Below are positions 1 to 11,612 of a DNA stretch of 38,717 nucleotides, piece after piece. The DNA is from Cirrosporium novae-zelandiae (lineage: Eukaryota), in NCBI GenBank assembly GCA_026023565.1, contig JAPETS010000051.1, positions 124,001 through 162,717 of the forward strand, read 5' to 3'. Position 1 is the first letter of the stretch. Every line of letters begins with the position of its first letter. The notes under the pieces were generated by a model. It was not told the DNA's origin, ran no database searches, and saw nothing but the letters and a program-made list of their open reading frames with translations. Made by a program: the position numbers and the translations under genes.

Positions 1-42
1 ATTTCGATTTAGATCGGGGTTTGTGGTATCGGTGGTGTTCAT
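1..42 (-). CDS. possible 5' end of a gene running off the left edge (MNTTDTTNPDLNRN...)
   Basis: ATG at 42-40 on the minus strand with an open frame to the window edge. Too short to identify. Confidence 0.3.
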   Translation of the reverse strand, partial: MNTTDTTNPDLNRN

Positions 43-1036
43 GATGACGATGGATTGGAGAGCACTTGGCTCTTACAAAAGAAAATGAGTGATTGAAATT
101 TGACGAGGACGTTTGGGGTCTATTTTTTTGGTTAAATGAATGTGGTGGTGTTAAAGTCGAAGTGCGACCAAAGTGTGTGAATGCGAAGAAGAAAGTGAGG
201 TTTCTAATGAATGGCTGGCTGGCTTGGGTAGGTCGGAGGCGCGTAGAACATCGTCTGGCGATTCCGCTGTCCTTGGTGTTACACACGGGGCCTGAACCTG
301 CAATTGGCCTGGATTAAAGAATTAGAAAGGTGAGATTCGAATTAAATCGAGATTGTTTAAGGTAGAGGTAATTCATGAATTTGTGAAGGTTATGAGAGGG
401 GGAATAAGACCTCTCCCTCTTGGAGTCTCTAGAGTCTTTAGTGAGCAGATAGAGAGTCGCTTGTTGGTTTCGTCCAACGTTCTGCGACAAAGATGAACCT
501 GGATAGTAACAACTAAACCAATATGGGAAATTAGCCAAGCACTACTAGTCACTAGTAGTCAGGGACTTTCACAAGACTGTAACTCACCCTTCACATCAGA
601 AGAGAATATATTTCCGGATGGTGAGAAAAAAGGATGGTCATGGCAAGAAATAAAATATTCCTGTGACGGTGACAGAGAGTAAAGCCAGAGAAAGCCAAAC
701 TGACTCAGAATGAAACATGGCCTTTGATTCTACTAACCTAAATATTTTGTACAGTACAAGGTAACAAAATGACAAGGTAACAAGGTATTTTATACAGTGG
801 GCCCGTGACATAGCAATTATCTTTTGGGTAGTCACGGTTGTACACTGTGTATTGGGGTATTGGTGTACCGATGTATTGTAGTGTGGTACCCAAACCCTCA
901 AGCTACAAGTAATCTTTTTTTTTAATTATTGGTCATGTGATGGCATCAATGCATGAGATACATAACCATGATGTAACAGTTACCTAGATACTCGACAAAA
1001 ATAAAGCCATCCTCTAAAAGCTTGTGGTACAACTAA

Positions 1037-2089
1037 CTACTCATCTTCTTCATCCATTTCATCACTTTCATCCCCTTCATCCGCTTCATCTCCATCCTCC
1101 TCCATCAAAGGAAGAAATCGAAAGTCAACAAAGCTCGTCACCTTTTCCGCAACTTCGATCATAAATTGCAAGCTTAAAACGCCTTGTTCGTCTGTCCTGA
1201 TACTGACTTTATTCGCAATTGCCATTGCTCGGCTAGCCGCCCTGATCATCGAGTACTTGTAGGCGTTAACACTCCGGCTCTGCACTTCGAATGTTTCTAG
1301 TAACTGTGGATCTTTAAAAAATTCAACACTAGCGGATCCTAGAGGCCCTCTTGACGATAATGTAAAACACGGTGCTGTCGGCGACGATGTAATAGTCAAC
1401 CTTGTTGGAGAGGTGCTCGAAAGTTCCGTAATTGCATCATATAACCAGCTTGCTCTCGTAATGATTCTCTGTACGATAGCAGAACGATCAAGTTGGATAT
1501 TCACCTGCATCTCCGGTTCAAAGGTATAAGTCATCAATTCACATTTCGTAGTGACACCGGTTTCTTCAAGCACCACGCAGAATGGCTCTCCTTCGCCCGC
1601 ATAACTCAAACGGCAAACGCCGGACATTCCTAAAACATTCTTATCGAAAGCTTTAGCCCCTCCTCTTGATATAGAGTTATCGAGATTAGTCCATCGCTCC
1701 TTATTATCATTGAATCCAAATATTTGAAGGGTCTCGATCAACGCTGTTAAAGAAATTTGGAAGATAACCCCTTCAACTTCGGGCTCGTTATCTATCAACA
1801 TTTCAGGGTCGGGTTGTGGAGGATTGTAAATATAACTTGAAAATAGCTCTTTCCCTAGAAAAGCGTTGCCTAGCGGAAGTGTCAGATCTCTAAGGTGTTC
1901 AAAGGTTCATTCAAAATTCCTACCTTGCATAACACTGGTCTCCTCGGCAGAGAATTGAAGACCATTGGCGGTAATCTGCACCAGAGCTTTAGGCGCAAAA
2001 TTAATACATTTTAGAAGCAAGTATAATTGACGAGCAGAACTGGAAACAGCGCTAAAAAAGGGCAAGCTATGAATGTCTGTTGATGCCAT
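1037..2089 (-). CDS. rad1: 9-1-1 checkpoint clamp subunit, Rad1/Rec1/Rad17(Sc) family, 332 aa; exons 2089-1924, 1869-1037
   Basis: Motifs FSAVSSSARQLYLLLKCINF, ALIETLQIFG, CRLSY, TTKCELMTY, KVSIRTDEQGVLSLQF, FVDFRFLP and an acidic tail. Intron 1923-1870 (GTAGG..CTGAC..TAG) restores the frame (MQG|NAFL). Confidence 0.93.
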
Positions 2090-2309
2090 GGTGAGTGTGA
2101 TAGCCAGACAAACACAGCAAAACGAAGCAATGGGTTCAATATATGATCAAGTATGACTTTTTACGTATCTTCCACCCAACGGCTGATGTCTGAAATGTGG
2201 TGAATAAGATAGCGGAGTAGCCTCGAGATGGAACCTTTTTTATTCTTTTTGGCAAAGTTACATAGTCAATTGCTGTCCTCCACCTCTACAAAATTGAATT
2301 GGGTATTGT

Positions 2310-2713
2310 TTAAACGTAAACTCCGACCGCACAAAACATGTAGACGGCACCGAATCTGAGCCAAGTCAATAACTCTCTATCTTAACAATAGTGGTGAAAC
2401 CAAAATACACACCCAAATGCTAATGAAGCAGGGACTCCGATGAGAGGAATGCTCTTGAAGGATAGATCTATTCGCAGAAGATTAGCCCTATGTTGAGCTA
2501 CGCGGAGGCTAGCAAATGGCAACTTACTTAAGCCAAAGAGACCAGAAAGAAGAAGGGCTGGCAGCACAATGTTAGCAATCAAGTCTAGAGTAAGTCAAAA
2601 GTACCCTTACCGGTAAATAATAACAAGAAGCCCACAGCAAACTGAGATGATTTCCCAACTGAGGGATAGAAGGGTTGAGAAGCAGCGCTCTCCCAGAGTT
2701 CTTCGAACGACAT
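2310..2713 (-). CDS. OST5: oligosaccharyltransferase subunit Ost5/TMEM258, 77 aa; exons 2713-2611, 2557-2528, 2467-2413, 2355-2310
   Basis: Spliced product MSFEELWESAASQPFYPSVGKSSQFAVGFLLLFTALLLSGLFGLNLSFKSIPLIGVPASLAFGFGAVYMFCAVGVYV*, with the family C-terminal ASxxxGFGxxxxxxxVGVYV signature. Three GT-AG introns (two with GCTAAC/GCTAAT); 234 nt total. Confidence 0.93.
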
Positions 2714-3054
2714 GGAGGGGATTGTTTCTGACAATAAAATAAACGTAATTATCGGCCTGTAATAGTTTCTTGCAACCTATGAGTTCTCCTCCGAGAAATA
2801 CAACAGAAGGTAATTGAGAAACAACTTTGATTGAGATAACACCGGAAGAGGCCACAGAAGCTGTATGGAAAGACAAGTTTGGTCTATTGCACGCCTTTCC
2901 TTTTGCAACATTAGCAGCGGGAGTACCCGCAGGCTCGCTTACTGTGTAGAGGAGAGGAAAGAAGGAACGACATCATGGGTGGGAATATCAATATCACTAG
3001 TTATAAACAGAACCCGTATTAATTTTTGTCTTGTAAAAAGATACCGATATCAAC

Positions 3055-4508
3055 ATGGGTCATCCGGCCATTGAAAGTGAGTGCAAGTAGTGCGTGCAGA
3101 ATTCAGTCTATTGCTGATACATGCACAGCTCCCAAGCGGAAAGCGGCCAACGAACTCCACCCTACCTCAGCCCAGAAGCGACCAAAAACGAAAGAAACTT
3201 CAGAGAAGCGAACTACAACTGCGACGCCGGTTCAGTTCATTGAGAAGGTAAGTGGCCTAGTTGTCCTGCAGCTCACTCTTCGCACTCTCCACACCCTGCA
3301 TTTTAGTTTAGTAGCACTAATGATAGCCCTCAAGCCTGCTGTGATTGAAGAACGTAAAGGCGAGATCGAATTTCGCGCCCTCAACAATGATGGCGAGCCT
3401 GAGTCCAGTATCCTCCTCACGGGCCTTAAGGTCACATTCCAGAAGCAGTTGCCCAAAATGCCCAAGGATTACATAGCCCGTTTGGTATACGATCGAACAC
3501 ACGTCAGTGTAGCCATTGTTAAACATCCGCTCGAGGTTGTTGGGGGCATCACCTATCGCCCATTTGCGGAACGAGGGTTTGCCGAGATTGTCTTTTGTGC
3601 CATTTCTTCTGACCAACAGGTCAAAGGTTATGGAGGACATCTGATGAACCATGTCAAGGTAATGGTCCTTGGGAGAATTTATATATTGCTGAAATTCTGA
3701 CATGTCTTCCAGGACTATATTCGAGCAGCCAATCAAGAAAAAAAGATAGAGCATCTCTTAACGTATGCGGATAATTACGCCATTGGATACTTTAAGAAAC
3801 AGGGTTTTACAAAGGAAATCACCCTGGACCCTAAAATATGGATGGGGTATATCAAGGATTACGAAGGGGGAACTCTCATGCAATGCTCGATGTTACCAAG
3901 GATCCGATATCTGGAGGCAGCAAGGATGCTTCTTAAACAAAAGGAAGTTGTCCATGCCAAAATCCGTGCTGTTTCCAGGAGTCATGTTGTCTATAACCCA
4001 CCAAAAGCATGGAAGAATGGTGTTACCCCACTTGAACCTTTGAGCATCCCTGGTATCAAGGAGAGCGGTTGGAGTCCGGACATGGATGAACTTGCCCGAC
4101 AACCACGTCATGGACCCAATTATAGTCAACTTCTTCATCTTCTCAGTGATCTACAGAACCATTCATCGTCTTGGCCATTTACTCAACCCGTTAATGGTGA
4201 AGAGGTGACTGATTACTATGATGTTATTAAAGAACCTATGGATCTAGCAACCATGGAAGCAAAGTTGGAAAAGGACCAATATCCAATGGTGGAAGATTTC
4301 ATCAAGGATGCAAAACTTATATTCGACAACTGTCGTGCATATAACAATCCAGACACACCATACGCTAAGAGTGCTAATAAGTTAGAAAAGTTTATGTGGA
4401 CACAGATCAGGAACGTTCCTGAGTGGTCGGTAAGCATGGACTTATTTTTTCATCCCGATCAGGGTCTACATACTAACTGGGGTTTAGCATCTCGCTGATG
4501 ACAGATGA
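3055..4508 (+). CDS. GCN5: histone acetyltransferase Gcn5 (GNAT + bromodomain), 400 aa; exons 3055-3076, 3129-3247, 3335-3658, 3713-4429, 4488-4508
   Basis: [69 protein letters not shown]; bromodomain [22 protein letters not shown]. Four GT-AG introns give a continuous frame. Confidence 0.97.
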
Positions 4509-5054
4509 GTTATTCATCTTTGATTAACGCGCCTAGCATATAACTATCGGCATTTTCAAGGCGTCTATAGGGAATATTAATGTGGCGTTAAAGGGTTAAC
4601 TGTACGTAAAGGAAGGTATACCATAACAAGAACAGGCATGGTTCTTAGTGTCGGTACACTTGTATTTTCAAACCCAAATGATGAATGAAGAAATCGTGGA
4701 ATAAATATCTCCGAAGTCCTTGGTTGTAGTTGACTAATGGTTTGCATACAGTAAAGAAGGTGGGCTACATATGCCTCTTACGGTATTGGTCGGGAACTCG
4801 GGGCAATGGCGCCATTCAGCCCTATCATTATTGGAGACCCATCTTTTATCACTTTATATGACGCTGAATGCTACATTCATCAATGACTACTTTTTAGTTT
4901 ATTTTAATTCTCTATTCTGTTCATCACCATTGCCTGTATAATGAGATATTATATTAATTTTTACCTTTGAAATTGGCCCATCAGACCTCGGGAACTGCTT
5001 GATCGAAGCTTATCCCCCGCCAAACATAGCTACCCCTCCTTTACTGCAACCACC

Positions 5055-6164
5055 ATGTCTCCCACATCCACCTTCACCAGCATTCCAATCCTCGACCTCT
5101 CACTGGCGCGCGATGCGCAAACGAAACCTGCCTTCCTCGCCGACCTCCGCCATGCGCTCCTCACCGTGGGATTCCTCTACATCACCAACACGGGCATCCC
5201 CCCGGACCTCATCTCAACGGTGATATCCCAAACGCACTCCTTCTTCTCCCTGCCCATGGAAGAAAAGCTGCGCATCGAGATGAAAAACGCGAATTCCTTC
5301 CTGGGCTACTCCCGCCTAGACAACGAAATCACAGCGCACAAAATCGACCACCGCGAACAGCTCGACCTCTCAACCCCACACCCGCTTCCCGCGCCGGGAA
5401 GCCCCCTCTACAAAAACCTCCTCGCGCCAAACCAATGGCCCTCCCCGACCATGCTCCCTACCTTCCGCCCCATATTCGAGGACTACATCACCCGAATGTC
5501 GCATCTGGCCACAGAATTCACCTCTCTAATCGCCGAATCCATCGGTCTACCCGCAACAGCCTTCGACCGCTTCTTCGACAAGGACCAACAGCATAAGCTC
5601 AAACTTGTTAAATATCCAGACACTTCCACCACCACCACCACCCTCACCGACGACGAAGAAAAACCCATCACATCCCAAGGCGTCGGCCCCCACAAAGACA
5701 GCATGCTAACCTCCTATCTCCTCCAAGCAACCCCGCACCGGGGCCTGCAAGCCCAAAACGCCACCGGGGACTGGATAGACTGTCCCCCCCTCCCCTCAAC
5801 CCTCATCGTAGCCATCGGCCAGGGCCAGGGCCTCGAAGCCATCACAGCCGGCGTCTGCCGCAGCACAACACACCGCGTGGTATCCCCCGCCGCGGGGTCC
5901 GGCGCCCGCTACAGCATCCCGTTTTTTCAGGGCGTGAGCTATGATGCTAAGTTTGAGAGTATGGAGGGGTGGATCCCTGAGGAGGTTTTGGGACTCAGGT
6001 CGCAGGAGAGGAGGGGGGGTGGGGATAGTGACGGGGGGGTCGAGTTCACGTTTAAGATGGGGAGGTGGGATTGTTTGGGGGAGGCGACGCTTGCGAATAG
6101 GGTGAAGAGTCATCGTGATGTTGGGGAGGTTTGGTATCCGGAGCTTTTGAGGGAGGTAGGGTAG
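5055..6164 (+). CDS. 2-oxoglutarate/Fe(II)-dependent oxygenase (IPNS/DIOX-like), 369 aa, intronless
   Basis: IPILDLS..VGFLYI N-terminal DIOX pattern, GPHKD (HxD), distal His in STTHRV, and RYS (RxS) cosubstrate-binding motif. Confidence 0.9.
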   Translation: MSPTSTFTSIPILDLSLARDAQTKPAFLADLRHALLTVGFLYITNTGIPPDLISTVISQTHSFFSLPMEEKLRIEMKNANSFLGYSRLDNEITAHKIDHREQLDLSTPHPLPAPGSPLYKNLLAPNQWPSPTMLPTFRPIFEDYITRMSHLATEFTSLIAESIGLPATAFDRFFDKDQQHKLKLVKYPDTSTTTTTLTDDEEKPITSQGVGPHKDSMLTSYLLQATPHRGLQAQNATGDWIDCPPLPSTLIVAIGQGQGLEAITAGVCRSTTHRVVSPAAGSGARYSIPFFQGVSYDAKFESMEGWIPEEVLGLRSQERRGGGDSDGGVEFTFKMGRWDCLGEATLANRVKSHRDVGEVWYPELLREVG

Positions 6165-6690
6165 TTGCTGTAAGTTAGATGGATGAGTTGGTGGATGGAT
6201 GGAGTGGGGGGGTAGAGGGGGGGTGAGTGTATCTATCCTATCCCATTTCATTAAATAAAAAAGAAAACGAACAGAATGAACAAAACGAACAGAAAATAAA
6301 AAACATATTTACACATTTTTCTATACCCATACTCATACCCATGCATGCATAAACAACCTCCCTCTGACCCCAATACCCAATACCAATTCCTCTCTTTCTT
6401 CCCTTCTTCTATTTGCAATTCAACTCCAGGTCATTACATTAGCATCCATCCCACCCCTCTTCTATAAATAGAATGAATAAATATATAACATATACACACA
6501 CATTCATCAATCTAAAAAAATAATCTTTTTTTATTGAATCCTAAATTTTGTATTTTGTATCGTACAAATAACCTACCTCCTTGCCTTGCCACCTATTGTT
6601 TCCTTTCTTAAAACCTAAACCCAAACCTAAATCCAATTCTTAAAACTTTTTCATACCCCACCCACCCATCATACACACCCCACCTCAGTC

Positions 6691-9416
6691 TCAACTTTCC
6701 TCCCCCCCCCTCAAAACCGAAGGCGGTAAATCTCCCTCCCCAGTCCCCCACTCCCCTTCCCTCTCCGCCAAAACCAATTCCAAAACGCCCCCCTTGAGAA
6801 AAAACTCATGACCGATCCAATTCCTCTTATAGGATACCCTATCCAACCTAGCCTCCTTTACAAAAATCCTGTCATACCCGGCATCGAAGTTGACACATTT
6901 GATAGTTGCTGTGTTGCCGGTGACAGGGTTTGTGATACTGATGGAGGGGAAGAAAGGTGGGGTGATTAGGTAGACGTCTTGGCCGGCGACGGGGTAGAGG
7001 CCGAGCATTGCGAGGACGGCAAAGGCGCCCATGGCGCCGCTGTCGTCGTTTCCTGGGATGCCGTTGTAGGAGGCGTTGAAGAGGGAGGGGATGTAGGAGT
7101 GGGCGTATTTTGAGGATAGGCCCGGTCGGGCGGAGTAATGGAACTGGAAGACCGTGAGGAAGGCCTGCTCGTCGCCCATGTTTAGGAGGTTTGGGGTGCT
7201 GTGCAAGTATTCAAGACGCGCGGTGAAGGATTCTGGGCCGCCGAGGGTGGCGATTAGGGATTCATGATCGTGCGGGGCGAAGAATGTGTAGAGGAAGGAA
7301 CTGCCTTCGTAGGTTTCGTGACCGCCGGTGCCGAAGTAGCACGAGTCTGGGTTTAGCAAGGGGGAGCAGTAGAGGGGGTCTTGATAGGCGAAGGTGGTGT
7401 TTAAGAGGCGCGGTTGGAGGAAGCCGGTGAACGGGGTGACGGTGCCGTCAATGAACGATTGCTGGTTTGGGTTGTAGAGGTTCTTCCAGTTGAAGGACCG
7501 TGAGAGGTATTTGGTGGCGTCGTCGGGACGGTCCAGGTAGGTGGCGAGCCGTGAGATGCAGTAGTCGTCGTAGGCGTATTCCACCGTGCGTGAGATGCTG
7601 CGCGTGAAGGGACCAGAGCTGTGTTTGTCGTTGTAGGTGTGGTCGTCGAACGGTATGTAACCGACTGTTTTCCACGACGTGAGACCCCCGCGGCCTTCGA
7701 CGTTCCAGTCGTAGGGTTCGTCTTCTGCGTCCGAGACCACGGCTTCGTAGGCCATGTCCCAATCGATGGCCGCGCCGAGCGTGGTGTTGGCGAATTTGAG
7801 GTAAAAGTCCACTAGGACGATGTCCGCGTTTGAGCCACCTTGCGTGTAGCCTTTGCAGAAGGACATTCGACAATCGGGGAGTTTGCCTATGGGAAGTTAG
7901 AGGGAGGGGAGATATATAAGGAGGGAAATGGAAGTAGGAACCTTCGTGTCGATATATATCGATCAGAGCTCTGACCATCCGTGCTTGCGATTCAGGGTCG
8001 ACTATCGTAAGCAGAGGGTGCTGGCTCCTGAAGGAGTCCCAGATACTGCACTCGTCAGGTTCGAATCCACTAAAGGGTCATAAAGAGAGCACTGGCTCTT
8101 GAAACATACCAATAAAAAGAATCATAATAAGGCTCGGTGCTATGCCAAAGGGGATTCTCGCCCGTGTAATCTTGAGGGGATATCATCGTCCTATATATCC
8201 CACTCCAGAATACCTTTTGCAATTCTTCACTTACACCAGTAGCATCAACCTTGACAACGTCTAATTTCTGGCGCCAGGCTTCCCTGGCTACTCTCCGCGT
8301 CTTCCTAAAATTAAAATCCGGAATCTCATTCTCGGCGTTCCCGCAGGCTCGATCCACACTCAGGGCTGAAACCCCCACCCTCACGAGGATCTGATTATTC
8401 CTTGTGGGAGCTTCGAACTGCGTCCAAGCACCGCCGGATGTTAGACCCGGCATGGGCTTTACATAGAGATTCTTTAGGTCGTTCTCGGCAAAGTTGCTAT
8501 TCCAGATTCCTGTGTCACGCACAGGTGCGCCGGCGAAGTCTACGCAGAAATGAAGATCATAAGATCCTAAGCCGAACGAGGGGCCAAAGGTACCAGTCCC
8601 AGAGATGCGCCCAGTTTGGGGGTCGACAGATGCAGTTGCATGTTTACAGGCGGTATTGAGATCATTTAGGTCCACGAGGATTAAGGGGTTGAGAGGTGTT
8701 TGAGGATCAGTAGTATCCTGATCGGGAAAGGTAAACCTATATAAAGCAGAATGATTTGACACTGTCATTTCGGCACGAATAGAGGTATTAAGCGTAATGG
8801 AAAAGTATCCCGGGGTTGCTTCTACTGAATCATCTACCCATTGACTAGCTCGATCCGTTCTCGTGAATTTGCAATTATTAAGGTCACCGTCGGGGCAGCC
8901 GCTCTGTGGGAAAATGGGGAAGTTCCCTAGACCGTTAGACTGATTCCTATCAGCAACAAGTCTATTGCAACCTAGAGAAAGAATGCTATCAAAAAGGCTC
9001 TCATACTCCACCAGTCCCAGAATCATGCATGTGAGAAAATCCTATGATTTCTTTCCCATCAGTCGCGAAACCACCTTGGCCATCCTCGGTGGCATCTGCA
9101 ACGGCCTTCGCCATGCCTTGATCACGTTAGTATATTACTATTCTTTCAACATGGCTTTTGGGGGTTGAACCGTAGGGTAAAGTGGCTCCTGCAAATACAT
9201 GACCTATTGAAAAAAATTCTAGTAAGTGTTCAGAACGAAATTTAACGATCAGGACATTGTTCAACCTCCATGGGCAGTTCCGATGAGCGGATCTATGAAT
9301 TGTAACACGTCGGTTTTAGAAGAAGTAGAGGTGATAGGGTTGGCAATAGCTGAAAAGATAAAATGAAGAAATATGAAAGAGTGAAGAAAGCCATTGGAGA
9401 CTAGAAAATACATCAT
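6691..9416 (-). CDS. secreted GH92 alpha-1,2-mannosidase, 807 aa; exons 9416-9266, 9203-9171, 9116-9007, 8939-8110, 8045-7942, 7886-6691
   Basis: Hydrophobic signal peptide; IDPLIGT..GHVFAGATLPYGMAKAVAD, GFSHMHDSGTGG, YYDSFYCIWDSFR, TQGGSNAD, SRTVEYAYDD, GDEQ, PGNDDSGAM. Five introns yield 2424 nt in frame. Confidence 0.93.
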
Positions 9417-9920
9417 TTTCAACAAAACAACAACAAGAACCTAGGGTAGTTAGAGAAGGCCATCTAGAAATTGTTTTGCAAGTAAGAGCAGGTGAACTAT
9501 AGATGCATTGTTCCCACAGATCACGCAGACGCTATCCATAATAGAAAAAAAAAGGAAAGAAGGATAGCCGGGACATTAGGGGGTGGCTTGAAACTAAAAA
9601 ACTCCTGCAGTCATTTTCCCCATTATTCCTTCAAATAGGTTGAAGACCTCGATGGCTAGTGTCTTGGACTTCTTGGAAGATGGTACTTGGTAGGAATGTG
9701 GAATTATAGCGCTTGATCGATATTACAAGGATGATTCTCCATTGGATTGTTACAGGGTTGTCTCGTTTGCTTTATTTCTAATTTTGGACCCAACCCAGTT
9801 AAGGTTAATACTTCCTTTCAACCTCACCTTCTTCCTTATCGTTAAGTTATTAGTTAATTAGATCCTACCTGGAATGTAGTTTTCATTCTTCATGACTTGA
9901 CATACATTCCTTATTAACCT

Positions 9921-10843
9921 TCACCATGGCACAACCACAGGCTCTGTATTCCCCTCTTCCATCTGCCAAAACCCATTAGCATACTTCCCCCTAGGTGCAT
10001 TCACCAACTCCACCACCACCTTCGCTCCATTCAAAGCATCTCTCCCCCGATGTCCTGAGAAATCCGTCGCCGTCAACCCAGGTGTCACGACATGCATCAC
10101 GATATGGGCGTTTTCTTTCTCCATGGCGTACATCACTGTCACCATGTTGAGCGCCGCCTTGGCTGCACAATACGGACTTGCGCGCACCACCGGGAATTTT
10201 CCTGACATTGAGGATCTCATGGAACCACGCTTCGAGGAGACGTTGATGATGTACGCGGTGGGGGAGAGTCGAAGGAGGGGTAGGAATAGTGCTATGGTGA
10301 GGGCAACAGAGGTGACGTTGATGTTGAAGTTGGAATTGTAGGCGCTATGGAGGGTCGAGGGGGGAGAAGCCGTGGTGCCGAGGACGCCCGCATTATTGAT
10401 GAGAACTACTCACAGCTATATTAATCAAGAGGTCTTTGCTCTCCCCGACGCCGTAGACCATCTTGCACTCTCAAGAGAATAAGACGACATATCATCTAGA
10501 TTCCCATAATTATCCTTTACCTCCTCGACAGCCGCTTGTATGCCCTCGTCGGACGTGATATCAAGTTCTAAGACGTCAGTCCTAGACACAATATCAAGGT
10601 CTCGCAGTCTTTTGATAGTCTCGAGACCTTTTTCTTTACTACGACACACAAGCACATAATAATCAGATGGCGTACGTTGCGTAAGAGATTGGAGGATTGC
10701 AAATCCCACGCCTATTATTAGATATGAGCAAGTGCACTTGTATAAACAAGTCGCGTTATATCCTTGGTGGTATATATAACGTTTAGGATCGTAAGTACTG
10801 TACCTCTATTTGCGCCGGTAATGAGTATGGTTCTCGGAGCCAT
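9921..10843 (-). CDS. classical short-chain dehydrogenase/reductase, about 247 aa; exons 10843-10804, 10711-10493, 10405-9921; intron 2 donor non-canonical, possibly a young pseudogene
   Basis: ITGANRG|VG (TGxxxGxG), LD|VLINNAG, INVSS, YCAAK (YxxxK), PG..TDF. Intron 2 reads ATATGT...TAG rather than GTATGT. Confidence 0.82.
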
Positions 10844-11612
10844 GATACTACCCCCCTAAATACTTTCAATGCGTCAATGTAGAGTGACCTGGGCAAATCG
10901 GGAAGCCATACAAACCATTCTTATACAAATGTACTTTGAATGGAACGACCAAGCTCATGTACTTCTTATCTCTGGAAGGATTAAGGGAATCCTCCTGTCA
11001 ATCATTAAGTCCAATATATAATCATTAAGTTCGAGGGGTCCTATCCTTTCGGTTTTTTAGAATATTGTGGTGTTAGGCGAACTCATCGGTAGTGCGGTTG
11101 GGGGTCCACACGGAATTCAACGATTTCAATATAATTATTAGGCGATACCAAGGTATAGTAGTTGTCTCATATCGTTAAGAGGTGAAATTAAGTTGAGTTT
11201 ACCCTAGCAATTATTTCGACTGGATTTTACAGTGTGGCAAGTACGAACAACTGGGAAGAAGCCATGAAGTGACATAAATCAAGGACGCGCGTGATGAATA
11301 TTCATAAGTATATTTCTATACCTGCAACTTTTAAACAGTAGACTCATAGAGGTCACTTATATGACACTACCAATCTTGAACTCAATGACCAGGTTGTCCC
11401 AGGATACAAGTAATCTCAAAAAGAGAGAGAAAAGGAAACTCGTAAATATACACTCTTATCGCATATGTCCCACGAAGCAGTCCTGTGCTGCAAAACAGCA
11501 AAACACCTATAGACCGCTCAACTCAGTACTAGTTTTTGTTTCAATCCCCCATAACACCAAAACATGACAATTAGTTTCAACTGATGTACAGCTAGTAGAA
11601 GGAGAGGGAGAC

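Noticed and set aside
5055..10843. 2OG oxygenase + GH92 + SDR as a secondary-metabolite cluster
   Set aside because: No backbone enzyme, transporter or cluster transcription factor; flanked by housekeeping genes.
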